A stretch of 59,277 bases of DNA, filler included, from Bipalium vagum (taxonomy: Eukaryota): NCBI GenBank assembly GCA_037834085.1. It is 3 parts of 3 records of this genome, joined end to end, with 100 filler letters (N's around TTAATTAATTAA, not from the genome) between each part and the next. Parts side by side here need not be neighbours in the genome. Positions count along the whole stretch, not along the records: positions 18,558 to 36,150 come from JBBMKC010060147.1; positions 36,251 to 59,277 come from JBBMKC010214141.1; 1 more part is not named here. One strand, given 5' to 3'. The notes under the pieces are model-generated. The model worked only from the letters and a program-made list of their open reading frames with translations. It ran no database searches and was not told the origin of the DNA. Both the position numbers and the translations under genes were made by a program. Position 1 is the stretch's first letter; every line of letters begins with the position of its first letter. Positions 24,850 to 36,945 of this stretch are shown piece by piece.

Positions 24850-25880
24850 TATGATTCTTGATCACCTCCTTTTATCTTTCGAAAGCGTCATAATTCCTTT
24901 TTTGAAAAAGCTCGAATATTGAGCTTCGAAAAGCTGATTATTGTGCAATTTTCATAATTTATAAATGTTTTCCATTCACAGAATTCTACAACAATTCAAA
25001 AAATGAGAAATTTGCTAGAGCAATATCAGGACTGTACGGTGAAGGGTGCAACATATTCCAATATTGTTCCCATTAGTTTTTGCCAAGTAGTCAAGGATGA
25101 GTGCGGTCCTTCACTGTCGTGAAAGAAGACGACACATTATCGATTGAGCAACTCTGATCGGCAAATTTTATGTCATTAAAATTGTTAACTGTTGAATGTA
25201 GGTAGCAAATTAATCGTTTCATCGCATGGTAAGAATTCAAGGTAAATATTTCCTTTGAAATCCCATCTAACTGACAGCACCACCTTCTTCTGATTGATTC
25301 CCCTTTGGGGATCATCTGTGCTGATTCACTTTTCTTTCACCACTATTTTTTTCGGATTACATTATTAAAAGTAATCTTTTTTTTCATCTCCTGTAATCAA
25401 TCGTTTTAGGAAAGTTTCAGTCTTGTTAGGTCTCAGTAGCAAATCAAATATGGTCATTAATTTCCTTAAATTCATAATGAATGCATACATCAAGATTTTT
25501 TATATATCCCAGTTTGTTTTAACCTTTTTTGATTCATGTATGTGAAACACAGAGGGCTTCTGCTAGCTGACCTGTTGTGAGATGGTGATCCGATTCGACC
25601 ATCTCTCTAATTTGGTCATCATTAATGTTCAGTAGAAGCCCAGAACGTGATTTATCTTTCCTCGTTGCAATTCTGTATACCAATTTTGTCATTGATTTTC
25701 CTTTAAGATCTGCTTGCTATATATATCACACATCTCTTTGTACGCTTGTGTTGCATTTATTCCTTTTGTAAATTTGAAAACTACATTGTGACGAAAATGA
25801 ATATTTTTCCTCAACATTTTCGAAATTGCCTATTATTACGCGGAATACATTTTCACTCCTCCCTCTCTGTACAACTAACA
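24850..25880 (-). mobile_element. Degenerate mariner transposase
   Basis: ATG at 25817 starts MLRKNIHFRHNVVFKFTKGINATQAYKEMCDIY. Later motifs: FLKRLITGDE, FHDSEGPH and HPSPYSPDIA. Confidence 0.8.
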
Positions 25881-26592
25881 TTACAATACATTATCTTGGT
25901 TATTCAACATTTTTTAGGAATGCTTGGTAATTTGAGCTTTGAAATAAACTTGTGTCAGTTCTATGTAAAGGTGAAAGTTGTAACCAGTATTAGATTGCAT
26001 TGGTTTTGAAATCACAGTTTTGATTTTTAAAAAATTTCATGTCTTTGTAGTAACAGAAACCACCTTTAAGTCTTCTTTTCTTCATTTATGATATGTAATA
26101 TTTTGTTTTAAAACTTTTAAATCCGTCTGAGCACAAAAGGAATCTTAGAAACGTTTTATTTTCACTTATTCATTAAAAATTGGATATTTGTGTTATTCAT
26201 AAATTTATCCATAGTTACTTCCATCATTTTTTCAATTTTCCAATGTAGTTAAGCATTCTTTAACCTTTCAATTTCATCCAATTCAATGTTAATGACCCAA
26301 CTTTAGTCTATTAAGCATTTCATTAGATTATTTTTTTTCTTTCTCCAGTATCAATTATTTGATGATTACAACGTGTCTCTGTTTTTTCTATAAATTATTA
26401 CGAATCGATTATTGTGCTGATCATTTATTATCAACACATCTGAAATGGTAATTTATTTATATATTTTTTCAATCATCAATTTGATATTTGATACAGATTA
26501 TTCATGTATTTTAGGAATGCATCAATTTCTTCTTTCTTGAATATTAGGAATACATCAAATTATTAATATCTTAATTTTATCTTTAGTTTTCC

Positions 26593-26595
<3 letters not shown>

Positions 26596-26669
<74 letters not shown>

Positions 26670-26670
26670 G
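26596..26670. repeat. (AAT)n microsatellite
   Basis: Directly visible. Confidence 0.95.
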
Positions 26671-27579
26671 TAATTTATTTTATAAATATTTTCAGTGATA
26701 AAAGGAATTTCTTCCATTATATTTTTAAAATAATAAATTAAAATCGGATTTTATTATATAATTGTTAATATAATTTTTGTTCAGATGAAATATTTAACAA
26801 TTTTAAATGTTGAGAATTTTTGGGTCAAGAAATGAATTTTATTGCATTTCTTCCATTCTAAATGGCTTAAAATGAAAAGATTTCCAAATATGTTTGATCT
26901 GTGGACTGGCTGTGTATTTTCTACTTATTCGGATCAACAGCTGCTTAGGGAAATCTGTTATTTCACGTGTGGTATTTCATCAATTAGAAATAACAGTTTA
27001 TGTTTATGCGTATTAAATCTCCGTTTCATTTATTTTAACATTTCTATCATCGTTCTAATGACGATTTTTCTTCATTATTTTTAATTACTACTTTATTAAG
27101 AAAATTTCATTTTAAAATAAATTTTATCAAACGGAATTCATTAAAACCATTAATTTTTTTGTAATCACAAATTAATATTAAAAATTTATAAAAAAAATAA
27201 ATATTTTCACGATTACTGTGGAGGGGGAACTCGCTTTATACAGTTATATTAAATTTAATAAAAAAACGGTTTAATTTATTTAAAATCATTCGGATTTCTT
27301 ATTTTATTTTATTTTACAATTATATTCCTCTCTTCTTTTATAATGTTATTTTCCATATAAGAATAGAGCTAATATAACATACCAAAAGTCTTCCGATAAT
27401 GGTATTTACATCTTAATTTCAATGTTGAAAAAAGATAATAAATAAATTAATAAATTTGAATATATCAATTTAAAGATTTTTATAGCAGAATTTAATTTAA
27501 TATATACTTTAAGGTTTTACATATTTTTAGTTAGTATTTGCCCATATATTATCAGTGACGTTATTCAAATTTAATATGT

Positions 27580-27815
27580 AGAAAACACGTTCTGCTGCAA
27601 CATGATATTGCTCCCGCTCATCAAACTCATTTGAGAAAAGCTTAAATTCAGAAAATGAATGATGTGCATTACTTCAACATCTGTTATACAGTTTGAACGC
27701 AGGGATTTTAGGATAAGGCTTATTTCGATAAATGGTTGCATTTTTTCGGGATCGGCAGTTTGAAATAGTGATGAGGTTGGACAGACTTTTCGTGAATTTT
27801 TTATCTCAAAATAAA
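27580..27815 (+). mobile_element. Degenerate mariner C-terminal fragment
   Basis: VLLQHDIAPAH ... LLQHLLYS ... RQFE.SDEV. Confidence 0.6.
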
Positions 27816-27883
27816 TTCATTCTTTTTTGTCTTACAAAAAATATGAAATTTTATCTAATGTCTAAAAGTTTAGAACTTTTATA

Positions 27884-29175
27884 AAGAGTGGCCCATATAT
27901 ATGGATACCGCCACTTCTAAAAATTGCTATGAAAAATTAAGCTACATAGTAACTAAAACAAAGACATTTTTGAAATCGTATTATATTGATCTTTTTATTG
28001 AATAATTTATTTAGCAATAATCCTCTAGATGAAAAGACAGCAACACGAATTTAACGCCAAGGCAATTATTGCTTTTTTCTAAGAAAATTCTCAAAATAAA
28101 CTGGTTACGGTTAATCACTTTAGGCAGCAAAATATTAAAGAGAGAACAATCCGGAATGTGATATCACGCTTTCTGAAGACTGGGGTAACAGATTAAAAGT
28201 CAATATGAGGTCGTAAACCGGTTGTTAACTCTCCCAGAACCCAAAGAAAAGTGTTGAAGCACGCGAAAAACAACAGATCACTGTCAGATCGCGTGACATC
28301 AAAGCAGTTGAATCTGAGTCGTAGTACCTATCAGAGAGTAAAAGAAGCGGTTGAATTGCGTAACAGAAAGAAGCAGAGGAACCTAAGTATAATAAGGTCA
28401 GATACAGCGTTCAATTAAGTGGTCAGCTAAGGTTTACAAGGATAGTCTTCCAAGTGGCAAAAATTACTTCTTTGTTTTGGATGACGAAACATATGTGCCA
28501 CTAGATCCGACGCAAGTGCCTGGTAACCAATATTATTTGTAGAATAATGAAGCGGAGACACCATTTGAATAGCGTGTAGTTCAAACCGATAAATTTGAAA
28601 AAAGGTTTATGATGTGGCAAGCGTTGGCAGAAGATGGATCTGTTTCAGAGCCGTTTGTGACTAATGGTGCCGTTAATGGTGAAATTTATCTAAAAGAATG
28701 TATTGAAAAGCGTCTTTTGCTGTTTTTACAAAAGTTATGTCTAAAGGCCAATTTTATTTTGGCATGATCTGACAACTTCGCATTATTGTAAAATTGTGAA
28801 ACCCAAATTCAGGAAAGAGGGCGTCAACTTTGTTACTAAAGAACAGAACCCACCGAATGTGCCACAGTTACGCCCAATTGAAAATTTTTGGGCACTTTGT
28901 AAGCACAGATATCACATGCTGAATAAACCAGTTGAGTCGAATCTGGACACGTATCTTTAAGGAAATTGCAGCTGAGTCTAGAAAAACCTTGTTTAAACAC
29001 TTTCGATAAAAATTGCGCACTTATTCCGAAAAAGGACTACTTTCTGTTTACATTTTGTATAAAAATGTTCTTGAATATAAATGTTATTCTTTCTAAAAGT
29101 TTACTTATGCTTATGTTTGCTGGTTTACCAAATGTAAAGGTTTGACTGCGCTGTATCTATATATGGGTCACCCTA
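27884..29175 (+). mobile_element. Full-length but decayed DD37E (ITmD37E-like) DNA transposon, about 1.29 kb
   Basis: TIRs AAGAGTGGCCCATATATATGGATAC and reverse complement TAGGGTGACCCATATATAGATAC, with TA flanks. ATG at 28029. Catalytic triad FVLDDETY, FWHD, then exactly 37 residues to the E of NPPNVPQLRPIENFW. Several stops. Confidence 0.9.
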
Positions 29176-31872
29176 TAAACTCTAAATTAAGAAGTCTGCT
29201 GTAAAATGAAAGAAGTATATCCAGCAGAACGACAAACATTGTATTGATTTCATATGATTTTGAAAAAAAGTATTTTTTACTTTCTATATAGAAAAAGACC
29301 AACAATATATCGAAGGTTGGGATAGGCAGTCTTTTTTGTAAACACAAAACAAGCAAATTATTTAATTTCGTGTCCTTTTCTTCATAACAAGAAGTCGTAT
29401 TACACTTGGATTTTGTATTGCTTCAAGACTATTTTCAAAATATTCTCTTTTAAATGAAAACAGAGATCAATATAATACAACCAAATTGATAAAAATTTGA
29501 TTATACACAAAAATATATACATGTACATCATATACATATATATAATGAATAAATAAATCTGTATAAATCTATCTTCTTTATGTGTAATAATATAATATTT
29601 TTTGTATAAATAAAAGTATTTCTTCGAAATTCTTAGTTGAAATTTGTTTTGCAAAGAGTTGCAAAATTTTTTCCGTACCCGGTATTTACAAAAGAAATTA
29701 AATTATTTTAAATTCTTTTCTCTGCAAGTGATAATACATATTGGGCGAACCCCGTAATTTTTTTTAATAAGTAAGTTTGATACATTGTATAATAAATTGA
29801 CATTTTTATTACCATTTATAAACATTAATTGTTAATTGCACTGCCTATCAGTATGATTTATCAATCAAATGAGAATTATAAAGAATATTTATGTGGAGAA
29901 TATAGAAGAAATATAGGCTCGCTGTAATTCTCGGATTGCTTTTATGAAATAACTTGAGTGATTACAAATAGCTTCAAATCAGAATCCTTGAAACATGTAC
30001 CCGTCGTCCACCGCTCCAGCTGCTATTTCCAATTATCTCCGACATCTATCAATTTGAGAGGAGAATCGTGGACATAATCAAATTTATTGAATCAATTTAT
30101 TGAATCAAAATGAAAAGCACTGTTGAAAATTAAAGAGATTTTTGAAATAAGAATCAGATTAATCAATTTTATATACATTTCTCAGAAATATTTTTAAAAG
30201 GAGAATTCATATTAATTTAATTTATCAAAAAAAATTGTAAATTTTTTATTTTCTCTATAAACTATCACAAAATAGCATAAGGAAAATTATTAAAAATGTA
30301 TAATTAATATTTTTATTTATTTAAAAATATATTAAATATAATATACAAATATAATAAATAATTATNNNNNNNNNNNNNNNNNNNNNNNNNNNNNNNNNNN
30401 NNNNNNNNNNNNNNNNNNNNNNNNNNNNNNNNNNNNNNNNNNNNNNNNNNNNNNNNNNNNNNNNNNNNNNNNNNNNNNNNNNNNNNNNNNNNNNNNNNNN
30501 NNNNNNNNNNNNNNNNNNNNNNNNNTTTTTATTAAAAAATATACTAGATTTTTTTTTCTATCAACTATCATAAAATAACATTGAGAAAACGAATAACAAA
30601 AATGTTTTTTTCATTATTTAATTATTTATTTACGAATACATTATTTTAGCGAAATAAACTGAAACATAAATTATTCATTTTAGAAAAAAAATTGTGGGAA
30701 AGAAATTTAATATTATTTCGATGTAATTTGATGAAGAAAGTTATTTAATTTTATACAATGATAAACATTCAAATTTCTTGTGAAAGGAAAGTGTTTTGTT
30801 TATTATATTTTATGATTAGAAAGAATCTTCAAAAAGTAAAACAAAAATTGCTAAAATTTCCAGCTTTCCAAACTTTCAGAGATAATTACATTTTGTTATA
30901 CTGCAATTAATAAAATATTGACAGATAAAACAAATAAATGTGTAATATTTCCACGGTTCATATAGACGATCATTCAAAGTTAGGGATATTCTTGTCATAG
31001 ACAGATATTTTAATTACTATAATTAAAGAAATGTCTTAAAAGCATATCTGAAAGACTTAGCAATATCTGAGATAAGTAACATGAATGGGCAGTTAATATT
31101 TGGCTGGAAATGACAATAGATCCGATGTTTATGTCACATAATTCCAATATAAATATAAAGATATATTCTCATATATACTTTTAACACGGGTTAAAGTTTG
31201 TCTTCATGATAAAATTAATATTAATAGAAATTAAGCGGAGTTACCGACCGCAGTTTCTGGAATAGATATGAGGATGGTGCATGCGGCGATTGATGATTGG
31301 CTTTGACTCGTAACAGTCTGTATGGAGACAAGGGGTTGTCATTATCAATAAACATTGAACAAAATTCATTGTCGTTTATTCTTATTTGTATTTCAATAAA
31401 AGTTTCTTTTCTAAATACCTATTGTGATTTCATAAGATTTTTTGAAGTTATGACCAAAGTTAAATATTCAATGAGAATACATTAGTCAAAAATGCAGAGT
31501 TAAACAACGGAGTTGTACTGGGCATTGTCTACCACTTTGATACCACAAAGTAAAGACGTTCCAAATTGATAAAATTGAGAAAGGATTTTAAAAAATTAAT
31601 ACAAAATTATAATTTTATATTTAATTCTCTGAAATGTCATCAAAAACGATTTTTGAAAAAGAATTTATTTGTATAATTAATATAGACAGAAAACTACAAG
31701 ATATCTTTCACTCATCCTGGCTGCCAGGAAAAGAGTATATTTTTTAAATTAGAAAAAGTTTCTGAACATTTTTTTGTCGCCTATTTTCAATTTACATCAG
31801 GATTTGGAATTTTTGTAACATTAACGATAAAATAATAATAATAATAATAATAATAACAATCAAAATAATATA

Positions 31873-31994
31873 AAGTGAAGCTTCGTTAATTCCTACTCGA
31901 ATCAGAGTTTAACAGACTTATTAATTTATTATTTGTCGGTTATTTATTACAAAGTTTTGTGTCCCGTAAGTTTTGAATTAGCGAGGTTTCACTG
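31873..31994. mobile_element. 122-bp pogo/Tigger-type MITE
   Basis: AAGTGAAGCTTCGTTAATTC vs reverse complement of the right end, CAGTGAAACCTCGCTAATTC. Confidence 0.7.
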
Positions 31995-32532
31995 TTTATA
32001 AAGTATCCTTAAATTTAATTAAAGATTTTTTTTAAAATCAATCATTTTTAAAAAAATAAAATTAAAGTGTTACTTAAAGAAAACATAATTCATGCTTTTA
32101 TTTCTGCTTTCTTGATTTGTTGAGCTAAACTCCCTTTTATTCTTTTCATCATCAATGACTTGCATATGACCTTGGAGAATTCATTTCAAGAGTATAACTC
32201 GTTCCTTCTCTCTTTTTAAAAAGCAACGTTTTGTACTCTTTGTTTGTTCTGTGTTTATTGATATGCTCACGAATTCGAACTTTAAAGTGGTGGTATTTGA
32301 AAACCCTATTAATTTGCATTAGTTTTGGAGTAAGTCTTAACTTTCAATAAACACTAATCTTTGTAGTTATTGGAATTTTATTTTTTATATTTCACCTCGT
32401 TGAATCTTTCCTTATTTTTGATTCATTATACACATTTTCGTTAAGCCCAAACAATAATCACATTGATTAATTGTTTGATATTAATGAAACAACTCAAAAT
32501 CCAATTAATAAATGAATTCACATTTTATTTTA

Positions 32533-35074
32533 TTAGGTGTAAGCATAATTTTTAAACAATATTTTCATCCTTGTTTTACTAATCCAAATATATATTATCA
32601 AATAACTGCGGCGAAATTTTACATGGGTAATCAATATATTAATTTTATAAATATATTAATTTTATATAAACCAAAATATCAGTCTTCAAAATGAGTGATG
32701 AAAAATTGTACGTTCGGTGTTGTATAAGATACGAATTTGATCAAGGCAAAAATGTATACCAGGCATTTAAATCAATATGTTGCGTTCTTGGTAATAATGT
32801 AGTTTCCCGCAGTACATGTAAATACTCGTATCGTCGATTCAAAGGCGGAAATTTTGATGTTACCAATCGACCACGTAGTAGTACTTCACAGATATTGGAA
32901 TCAGCCAAATTGGAAGAGCTGCTGAATGAAAATACGGCCCAGACGCAAGCAGAATCGCTAAAAAACTTGCCGTTGATCAAAGAATTGGTGGGAGACGGTT
33001 ACACGACATGGGAAAAATTCAGAAGGATGAAACGTGGATTCCGCACGAACTTTCAGAAAGCAATATTTTATGCTGATTAACAGCATGCGCATACCTTTTT
33101 GCTAGACAAATAAACAGAGTTTCTATGGAAAATCGTCATTGGAGATGAAAAATGGATTAATTACAATAATCCAAAACGCAAACATTCGTGGTTGGATCCT
33201 GGAAGGCAAGCTACTTCAGTTGTCAAAAAATATTCACAATAAAAAAGTACTTCTTTGCATCTGGTGGGATATGAAAGGACCCATTCATTATGACCTCCTC
33301 CAAGCTGGTGAAACCATTAATGCGGAACGTTATAGCAAACAATTGCTGCATTTGGCTAAACAAATAGAGAAAAAAAACCTTTTTTCGGGAAAGGATCGCG
33401 TAAGATTGTCCTGCTACGTGACAATACCAGAAAGCCTGTAGCGAAACATACTCAAGAAACAATTTTACAGTTAGGCTGGGAAGTTCTTCCTCACGTGGCT
33501 TATTTTCCAGACCTTGCTCTTACAGATTTTCATTTGTTTCGCATAAATTAGCCTGGCTGTCGTTTCAAAAATGTTTAGCAAATACAAGTTTTGTCAAGAA
33601 TTATCTTGTGTCGAAATCAATATATTTTTATCGTTCTGGGATTCGACAATTATCTGAAAGATGGCAAAAAGTGATTTCCAATAATTGATAACGGGTGGCC
33701 AATAAAGATGATAATTCTTTGAATGACGTTTGACATAGACAGCATAATGTTAAATTAACTCAATTAAAAATATTTAATAAAGAATAAAACCAAAATTTAT
33801 TTAATTAAAACAGTTTATTATTAAACCTCCTTTGTGCCTGTCAAGGGCCAAAACTCTTTGTCGAAAGGAATCGATGGCTTGGCGAATCATATTTAATGGA
33901 ATTTATGCAATTGTTTCTTTAATTTTTTCAATCAGTTTTGTACGATTTTCAATTTTTTTTGTTTTCAGTCTATTTGATACTTCATCCCAAAAGAAATAAC
34001 CAAGAAGACTAAGATCTGGTGAATTTGGTGGCCAATGATTTGGAGCTATTATCGAAATACCAGTCTATTTGAATGCCGCAATAGTTTCTTTGCTTCTATG
34101 ACAGCTAGCACCTTTCTGCATATATATAAAATCGCTTCCAATGAGCTCCATTTCATATTCTGCAACGATTGGAAGTACACTTGATATATAAAATCTTGTA
34201 TCAAAAGATGTTTTTGTCGGTAAGAATACAGGTTTCATCGGACCCTGATATGTCCAACCCATACTATCACTTTCAAAGGATATTTTCTGTTTGGAAAAAA
34301 ACCACTTTAAATTTTCATATTTTCTAGATACAGGATAAACGACGTCGTTTTGTGGATTAAACTGACCATCTACATCAAAAGATTTTTCATCACTAAACAT
34401 AATTTTGTTCACTGCCTGTTTACTAAATCTTTTTTTAACCAACATAAGCACGTCTTTCGTTTATTGATTTGGGACTCCGATAGACAGGGAACTTTTATTT
34501 TCTAGTAGCACTTAAATCCCAAGTCTTTATGTATAATATTCCCAATAGTTCCTCTTGAACATTTGAAATCTAAAGCTAACTTTCTAGCTGATTTCTTTTT
34601 TTTGTTTGTTGTAAAGTTTCTGATAATTTTTTTGATAAATGTTTTCGTTTTACGGTTCTTGGACGTCCAAGGGAATTTTGAGCACGTAAAGATTTTCCCT
34701 CTTTTATTAGTTTAGTCCATCTATAAATAGTGGAATTTGATATCGTTTTTGCTACAGCTTCATAAATTTCATCCAGTGTTTTCCCATTTTCACAATGGGT
34801 TTTTCTCAAATTTCTTACACAGCTCTCATACGTCATTATCTAAAAGAAAGTATTGCTAAAAATAACGTATGTTTATTTTGCAAGATATTAAAAACCTTGG
34901 CATAAATTAAATCAATTAATAATTCAAATTTAAAATTTTTTAGTTTAAAAATAATCCGTTATTATGCTGATGACTTATTTTTTGAATCCCTGTCGTATAA
35001 AAATACAAATATTACTTTAATAACATTTAATTTTTTTTTTAAAAAAATGGGCTAAAACTTATACCTACACTTAA
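32533..35074 (+). mobile_element. Mariner (DD34D) element; pseudogenised transposase 32691..about 33688, with a DD37D element inserted at its 3' end
   Basis: Degenerate TIRs TTAGGTGTAAGCATAATTTTTA and reverse complement TTAAGTGTAGGTATAAGTTTTA, with TA flanks. Motifs: [35 protein letters not shown] and RWQKVI. Confidence 0.9.
33691..34995 (-). mobile_element. maT/DD37D-type element nested in mariner; decayed transposase (ATG 34836)
   Basis: FSDEKSF, then Q[K for D]GASCH, then 37 residues to the [G for D] in WPPNSPDLSLLGYFFW. The TIRs match poorly, so the ends are approximate. Confidence 0.85.
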
Positions 35075-36077
35075 TATAATACTTAAACAAAATTTCCTTC
35101 TAAGTAAAACAAAATATATAATTTTGTGGATCTCACTAAACATTTAGCAAAAACGAATATTTTTACTAATTTTATTGATTTTTATATTTTCCTGTAAAAT
35201 TCACCAAACATGCAAAAGAGAGTTTCAATGTTAAGTACACACATATGACATGAACAATGTTTTTTAGTAATAATCATAAGTAAATAATTATTATTAAATA
35301 TTATTTTTTAATAATTTAATATTATAATTATTTATAATTTTTTGGTTTAGAACTCACAGTTTGATTTTCAATTCTCAGTTTGATGAGGTCAAACGTAATT
35401 TGCTCAGGGTGTATGTTATTCATAAAAGTTTATTTCCTTTTCTGTTATTATGGAAGTTGGAGCTTTGAAGGATTTCACATTATATGGTTCATATTGTTGC
35501 TTCAACGTGGTTGCCGCTCTTTGAAAATATATGATTATCATAAAGCTTCTGGATGTAAAACTTGTTCGGGATGATTTCTTAAGAAAACATTAGAAAAAAG
35601 AAATTTATTAATTACAAAAGTCGTTACAAAAAATCTTTGATGTGAAACTAAAGAAAATCATTTGAAAAGAAGATTAAAAAGATTATAAAATATAAAATAA
35701 TTATTTGGTATATAATTTATCTAACGTAAATTATTAAGACATTTGAATACCATTTACTTATACAAATAATATTAAAAAAATAAACTGTACACTTACTTAT
35801 ATAATAAAAAATAAAAAGAAAAAAATCAATAATTTTTCATATAAATATTCACAAAATATCTGATATCATTAGATATGTTTATCATTAATTTTCCTAATGA
35901 TTTTTTATCCCAAAATGAATTTTTCCACTTCTTTTTTTAATATATTTTGATAATGATAATATCCATTATATATTTCAATATTAATGTACACTTAAGAAGC
36001 ATTCAAGTTATCTCAACACGAAACTCAACATAAATCTAAAAGCAGTAAAATAATAAGAGAAAATAAAAACAATTACA

Positions 36078-36080
<3 letters not shown>

Positions 36081-36150
<70 letters not shown>

Positions 36151-36250
36151 NNNNNNNNNNNNNNNNNNNNNNNNNNNNNNNNNNNNNNNNNNNNTTAATT
36201 AATTAANNNNNNNNNNNNNNNNNNNNNNNNNNNNNNNNNNNNNNNNNNNN

Positions 36251-36315
<65 letters not shown>
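36081..36315. repeat. (ATT)n microsatellite spanning an artificial 100-bp spacer (36151..36250)
   Basis: ATT repeats on both sides of N44-TTAATTAATTAA-N44. Confidence 0.95.
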
Positions 36316-36945
36316 CGCTATTCACCATCATCTATCATCACCTTTATTGTTCCAAGAACCCAAAAGTTTAACAAAAGAATGATTTTTGACGTTTATCATT
36401 AATTATTATTTTGTTTCTTTTGTTTCCAAATGTCCAATTTCGTGTTCCAATAAAGAATTACGATCCTCTTATCCCTAGAACTCAACAATTGCAATTTCAA
36501 ATAAATGGTTTTCAAAACAGTTTCTTATTAAAATATAACAATTTTCAAATTATTCACTAGACAATATATTTCGAATCATATTACTAAGTTGATTTGTATT
36601 TTCGAATATAGTAAATAAAAGTGAGAATGATTTAAGTATCCTAAAATTATAAATGATTATTTAAAATTCATTTGAAATCTTTTTTAAAATTGAAAAATGT
36701 CTATAAATTTAATTAAATAACCGTACAACTTTTTTACAGTAATTTTAATATATATTTCCATGTTCTACTCATTATTTCAAATAACTTTATTGAAGTTTTA
36801 AATTACAAAATTGTTTAGTTAAGTAGTTGTAATTAATTTCAATAGCGCATTATCGAATTTATTTATTATTTTCGGAATCCAACACTAGTAAATATTTATT
36901 TTTATATTTTAAAATGTAATATCGTGTTTTAGATTTTTATGATAA

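Noticed and set aside
27884-29175. In-frame stops in transposases as a sign of stop-codon reassignment
   Set aside because: VPS35 and nesprin exons translate cleanly in the standard code and both end in TGA. TE stops co-occur with frameshifts, which indicates decay.
31150-31370. Alternative frame giving RNCGRQTLTRVKSIY, reminiscent of an insulin B chain
   Set aside because: The second cysteine is missing and no A chain was found; too weak to call.
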